IMG/VR virus record: IMGVR_UViG_2778261463_000017 | Span: 1-9,315 of that record | DNA from: a virus | Taxonomy: Duplodnaviria; Heunggongvirae; Uroviricota; Caudoviricetes | DNA length: 9,315 bases | Direction: 5' to 3' (one strand) | Shown here: one piece after another, positions 6,099 through 9,315 of the stretch | Layout of the letters: each line of letters opens with the position of its first letter | Position numbering within the stretch: the stretch's first letter is position 1 | The notes under the pieces: generated by a model | Databases searched by the model: none | Seen by the model: the letters and a program-made list of their open reading frames with translations, nothing else | Told to the model about the DNA's origin: nothing | Made by a program: the position numbers and the translations under genes

Positions 6099-6350
6099 AT
6101 GAACAGAAAAACCAGAGATAAGACAGCGCCAAAATATAAAGCGTTAGACATGACAGAGCACGCCTTAAAGGTGGCAATCAGAACGATAGACCGCCACGCC
6201 GGAGAAGGATACGCGAAAGCACATCCCGAACTGATAAGTGCATTCATGACCACAGCGGCGGCAAACTTTGCCACGCTGACAGAACGGGAGATTGCCGAAG
6301 CAGAACAGGTAACAACCATCAATGTTAAAACCGGAGAGCAGACAGCATGA
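6099..6350 (+). CDS. hypothetical small protein (start uncertain)
   Basis: 83 aa from MNRKTRDK...; stop overlaps the ssb start (ATGA). The putative start sits inside the last iteron, so the start is insecure. Confidence 0.45.
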   Translation: MNRKTRDKTAPKYKALDMTEHALKVAIRTIDRHAGEGYAKAHPELISAFMTTAAANFATLTEREIAEAEQVTTINVKTGEQTA

Positions 6351-6757
6351 CAGCACAGATAGCGGCTTACGGGCGGCTGGTGGACGACCCGCAGACAAAA
6401 CAGACCAGTAAGGGTACACCGATGACGCTGGCGCGTATGGCGGTATCTTTACCATGCGGCCAGGCACAGGACGGACAGGCGACGTTATGGTTATCGGTCA
6501 TCGCATTTGGCAAACAGGCCGACTTTCTGGCTAAACATCAAAAAGGCGACGTTGCCAGCGTATCCGGCACGATGCAGGTCAGCCAGTGGACCGGACAGAA
6601 CGGGGAAACGCGGCAGGGTTATCAGGTCATTGCAGACAGTGTAATCAGTGCCCGTGCTGCACGTCCTGGCGGGAGCAGACGCACAACCACAGGCACACAG
6701 GGGAATAAGCCACCAGCGGGAGGCGATGACCCTTACGGTGATGATATTCCGTTCTGA
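6347..6757 (+). CDS. ssb: single-stranded DNA-binding protein (SSB)
   Basis: 136 aa; OB-fold-like N-terminus (GRLVDDPQ..., WLSVIAFGKQADFL, QWTGQNGETRQGYQVIADSV), a Gly/Pro-rich linker and the acidic C-terminal tail ending DDIPF characteristic of bacterial/phage SSBs; GGAGAG Shine-Dalgarno. Confidence 0.8.
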   Translation: MTAQIAAYGRLVDDPQTKQTSKGTPMTLARMAVSLPCGQAQDGQATLWLSVIAFGKQADFLAKHQKGDVASVSGTMQVSQWTGQNGETRQGYQVIADSVISARAARPGGSRRTTTGTQGNKPPAGGDDPYGDDIPF

Positions 6758-6767
6758 GGGGGTGACG

Positions 6768-7040
6768 ATGGTACATGACCGGATAGCGGAGGAACTGGAG
6801 GCGAAAGGATTTTACCGGAGGGCGGCGGCGCGATGGGGTGAAGTTATGTGGCTGGTGAGCACTGACAAGGAGCGCGAACAGGTGGCAATGCGACGGCTGG
6901 AATGTTCCCGGAAGGCACAGAGGCCACCGGAGCCGCCGGATGATTTAGGCGCTCTGAAAAGGTCAGTTAATCGCACTGAAAAACAAATGGGGATAGCTGG
7001 TATTGGCAAAGCAATATGGCGCAACTACCCGCAGAAGTGA
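6768..7040 (+). CDS. PerC-family transcriptional regulator-like protein
   Basis: 90 aa from MVHDRIAEELEAKGFYRRAAARWGEVM...; this N-terminal motif resembles PerC/Pch-type prophage regulators as I recall them; GAGGGGG Shine-Dalgarno. The ORF-track start at 6648 overlaps ssb and is rejected. Confidence 0.55.
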   Translation: MVHDRIAEELEAKGFYRRAAARWGEVMWLVSTDKEREQVAMRRLECSRKAQRPPEPPDDLGALKRSVNRTEKQMGIAGIGKAIWRNYPQK

Positions 7041-7046
7041 GCACAC

Positions 7047-7071
7047 AGCCGGAGCAATCCGGCTTTTTTAC
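7047..7071 (+). terminator. rho-independent terminator ending the replication/regulatory operon
   Basis: Hairpin AGCCGGA-GCAA-TCCGGCT followed by TTTTTTA, 7 nt after the PerC-like stop. Confidence 0.65.
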
Positions 7072-7081
7072 GCCTAAAAAA

Positions 7082-7114
7082 AGCCCGATAAGGTCACAGG
7101 GGGCTTATCGGGCT
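7082..7114. terminator. second hairpin, possibly a bidirectional terminator
   Basis: 11-bp stem AGCCCGATAAG / CTTATCGGGCT flanked by AAAAAAA upstream and TTTTG downstream. Confidence 0.4.
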
Positions 7115-7196
7115 TTTGTATACGAGGTTTTTTATGGTGCACTGACACACATGATCGGGATAATCATTTCATAATTTGCAACGTAACTCAATATTG

Positions 7197-7224
7197 TTGC
7201 GCAAAATGCAATCATGATTATAAT
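7197..7224 (+). promoter_or_regulatory. candidate sigma70 promoter of the capsid operon
   Basis: TTGCGC (7197-7202), 16-bp spacer, consensus TATAAT (7219-7224); the -35 lies in a palindromic TTGCGCAA. Confidence 0.45.
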
Positions 7225-7228
7225 CAGG

Positions 7229-7246
7229 ACTGGATGAACATCCAGT
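7229..7246. promoter_or_regulatory. operator-like palindrome just downstream of the -10
   Basis: ACTGGATG-AA-CATCCAGT: 8-bp perfect inverted arms with a 2-nt centre, starting 5 bp after the TATAAT. Confidence 0.4.
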
Positions 7247-7280
7247 TATGATTTTTTAAGTCAAAGAGGAATTTCTGACT

Positions 7281-7487
7281 ATGGCAGAAGAGAAAAAAGG
7301 CGGGGTGACGGTCTACATAAGCCCCGACATCGTGGAGGCGCTCAAGGAACGCCACCAGCAGAATGTAAAAGCAGGCATTGCGGCAGGACTTGATCCGCTG
7401 GCGATGGTTGAGCCGTCAACAGGCTGGCAGGTGCGCACCTATTTACGTGCGGCGCTGGGTATCAATCAGGTTCACGGAGGTGAATAA
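7281..7487 (+). CDS. small hypothetical protein, first gene of the capsid operon
   Basis: 68 aa (MAEEKKGGVTVYISPDIVEALKERHQQNVKAGIAAGL...); AGAGGA Shine-Dalgarno; its TAA overlaps the capsid gene ATG by one base (TAATG). Confidence 0.5.
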   Translation: MAEEKKGGVTVYISPDIVEALKERHQQNVKAGIAAGLDPLAMVEPSTGWQVRTYLRAALGINQVHGGE

Positions 7488-8542
7488 TGACAGGCAAAGC
7501 AACGGCACTTACAACTAACCAGCTTTTCGCGTACCTGAATCGCGGGGATATTGCGGATTTTAAATTCAGCCCTCTGTTTACCACGCTGTTTTTCCCGAAC
7601 GTGGCGACCTTCAACACCCAAAACATCATGCTGGACACCCTGGACATTGAAGAGGTTACGATGTCAGCGTTCTGTTCGCCTATGGTGGGTAGTCAGGTCC
7701 AGCGCGATAAAGGGTACGAAACCAGCACGATTAAACCCGGCTACATGAAGCCAAAGCACGAAATCGATCCAACAAAGACCATCATGCGCATGGCTGGAGA
7801 AGATCCGGCACAGCTTAACGATCCAACTTACCGCCGTATGCGCCTGATTACTGGCAACATGCGCCGCCAGATAAACGCCATTAAGGCGCGCGTGGAATGG
7901 CTGGCGGTGAATGCGGTAACGACCGGAAAAAACATCATTGAGGGCGAAGGCATAGAACGCTATGAAATCGACTGGAAAATACCGGAAAACTGCATCATAC
8001 AGCAGGCCAGTGGTAAAAAATGGTCCGAGCAGGATAAAGACATGCACGACCCAATCTATGACATCGAGCTTTATGCTGATCAGGCAGGTTGCCCCGCCAA
8101 CGTCATGATTATGGGCGGTGAGGTATGGCGCACATTACGCAGCTTTAAAAAATTCCGTGAACTGTACGATCTTTCGCGTGGCTCAGAATCCGCCGCCGAG
8201 CTGGCCTGTAAAAACCTGGGCGAAGTGGTGAGCTTTAAAGGCTATCTTGGTGATCTGGGCCTTATCGTCTATTCCGGCAAATACACTGACAGCGACGGCA
8301 CCGAAAAATATTTCCTTGAGCCTGATTTGCTGGTCCTGGGTAACACCAACAATAAAGGGCTGGTGGCCTATGGTGCGATTATGGATCAGGAAGCGGTAAG
8401 AACGGGCGCAACGCAAAACATGTACTACCCGAAAAACTGGATTGAGGACGGCGATCCGGCGATTGAGTACGTGCAGACGCACAGCGCACCGCAGCCGGTA
8501 CCGGCAGATATTCGCAAATTTGTTACCGTCAAAATTGCTTAA
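7487..8542 (+). CDS. lambda gpE-like major capsid protein (HK97-fold MCP family)
   Basis: 351 aa; colinear similarity to lambda gpE as I recall it (KFxPLF..LFF near the N-terminus, PGYMKPKHE, RRMRLI..NMR, KWSEQDK, RSFK, GSESA, VSFKGYLGDLGLIVYSGKY, VLGNT, YPKNW..GDPA); strong GGAGGTG Shine-Dalgarno. Confidence 0.85.
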   Translation: MTGKATALTTNQLFAYLNRGDIADFKFSPLFTTLFFPNVATFNTQNIMLDTLDIEEVTMSAFCSPMVGSQVQRDKGYETSTIKPGYMKPKHEIDPTKTIMRMAGEDPAQLNDPTYRRMRLITGNMRRQINAIKARVEWLAVNAVTTGKNIIEGEGIERYEIDWKIPENCIIQQASGKKWSEQDKDMHDPIYDIELYADQAGCPANVMIMGGEVWRTLRSFKKFRELYDLSRGSESAAELACKNLGEVVSFKGYLGDLGLIVYSGKYTDSDGTEKYFLEPDLLVLGNTNNKGLVAYGAIMDQEAVRTGATQNMYYPKNWIEDGDPAIEYVQTHSAPQPVPADIRKFVTVKIA

Positions 8543-8553
8543 CGGGGGATTCT

Positions 8554-8889
8554 ATGGACGCTCCATACATTGAGTTATTTTCAGGCAGCCAGCAGGTATC
8601 CACGACGCTGGTACATTTTGCCGCTGATGCTGGCGTTATTCAGGAATTTACCCCGCTGATGCTGGCAGACAATGGCGAGTTTAAGGCGTGGGATGGTCAG
8701 GAATCTGGCAAAGCTGTTTATCTGACTTCGCACCCCGTGGACACGTCAAAGCAGAAATCAGCACAGTGTTACAAAACGGGGATATTCAATATTGCCGCCG
8801 TTAACTGGCCTGATAGCGTCGACACCGATGCGAAAAAATGCGCCGCCTTTGCGGGTTCCGGCGTATCCGTTCAGCCGCTGGCCCGATAA
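8554..8889 (+). CDS. lambda gpD-like head decoration protein
   Basis: 111 aa; PLMLADNGEFKAWDG, YKTGIF, VNWPDSVDTDAKKCAAFAGSGVSV parallel the gpD blocks PLMLD..AWDG, YKSGTF, WPEA..ETKKRTAFAGTAISIV. Confidence 0.7.
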   Translation: MDAPYIELFSGSQQVSTTLVHFAADAGVIQEFTPLMLADNGEFKAWDGQESGKAVYLTSHPVDTSKQKSAQCYKTGIFNIAAVNWPDSVDTDAKKCAAFAGSGVSVQPLAR

Positions 8890-8901
8890 GCAGGGGGAAC
8901 G

Positions 8902-9315
8902 ATGGCAACGAATGAAAGTATCATGACGCTACCGCTGGCGAGTAAATTTAAAGCCGAAGCGCGGGCAATGGCTGACAGAGGTTTATCAACCTACGAGGCC
9001 ATACACCGACTAAACAAACTGGAAGAACAGGACAAGCCGCGCGCTGATGCGATTATGGCGCTTCATGAATCTGACGACTACCAGCCGCTGTTACGTGCAA
9101 TGGCTAACGTGCCTTGTATCGATGTTGGTACGGCTAAAAGCATCCTTAGCATGACCATAGAGCAGGAACGCCCGAAGGTTGCACCAGAGCTTACTTCAGC
9201 CTTTGAAAACTTTATGGACATGCACAGCCCGAAAGCCGTATCAGCTGGCATGGCATACGATGGCAGAAACCCGGGCGATGACGGCGACATCGATCACATA
9301 CTGAAAACCATCTGA
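8902..9315 (+). CDS. hypothetical protein downstream of the decoration gene
   Basis: 137 aa with AGGGGGAA Shine-Dalgarno, ending TGA at the last bases of the window; composition is protein-like (charged, helical N-terminus). Function not recognisable. Confidence 0.55.
   Translation: MATNESIMTLPLASKFKAEARAMADRGLSTYEAIHRLNKLEEQDKPRADAIMALHESDDYQPLLRAMANVPCIDVGTAKSILSMTIEQERPKVAPELTSAFENFMDMHSPKAVSAGMAYDGRNPGDDGDIDHILKTI

Larger units (their letters stand above)
1..9315. mobile_element. PICI-like phage satellite (partial; integrase end of the island, right end beyond window)
   Basis: Gene content and order int - alpA - small regulators - primase/AAA ATPase - iteron ori - ssb - capsid genes within 9 kb, mostly co-oriented; too compact for a lambdoid prophage. 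Boundaries not visible (no att repeats in window). Confidence 0.7.

Noticed and set aside
5724-6322. ORFs across the iteron region (5724-6029 -, 5866-6102 +, 5932-6177 -, 6062-6322 -)
   Set aside because: Their translations are driven by the GTGGGGA repeats (WGVGE / PHFP repeats); these are artefacts of the iteron array.
6648-7040. 130-aa version of the PerC-like gene
   Set aside because: It would overlap the 3' end of ssb by about 110 bp; the ATG at 6768 has a G-rich Shine-Dalgarno and starts the conserved motif.
7462-8482. ORFs inside the capsid gene (7462-7647 -, 7551-7748 +, 7664-8047 -, 8183-8482 -)
   Set aside because: Alternative-frame or antisense ORFs within the strongly supported major capsid gene.
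9078-9290. 70-aa reverse-strand ORF
   Set aside because: Antisense to the better-supported 137-aa forward gene and lacks a ribosome-binding site.

Overview
This window looks like the left ~9.3 kb of a phage-inducible chromosomal island (PICI-type phage satellite), not a full prophage. All calls rest on reading the six-frame translations and DNA by eye; no database search was run. Left to right: a P4-type tyrosine integrase (1-1242), a small terminated ORF, an AlpA-family regulator (1768-1974), a reverse-strand ribbon-helix-helix putative repressor (2257-2562) facing a promoter/operator region, an Icd-like gene (from 2756) that has no in-frame stop, a ~750 bp stretch with a three-fold dispersed repeat and three small basic reverse-strand ORFs, then a translationally coupled replication operon (three small genes plus a 471-aa primase/AAA ATPase, 3701-5897), an iteron-type origin (5898-6098), a small ORF, SSB, a PerC-like regulator, tandem terminators, and a new operon encoding a lambda E-like major capsid protein and D-like decoration protein. 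The most unusual part is 2940-3700: one forward frame is stop-free for about 2 kb yet does not read like protein, while the opposite strand carries a paralogous trio of Arg/Pro-rich mini-ORFs with Shine-Dalgarno sites. The left attachment site and any terminase, portal or cos functions are outside the window.
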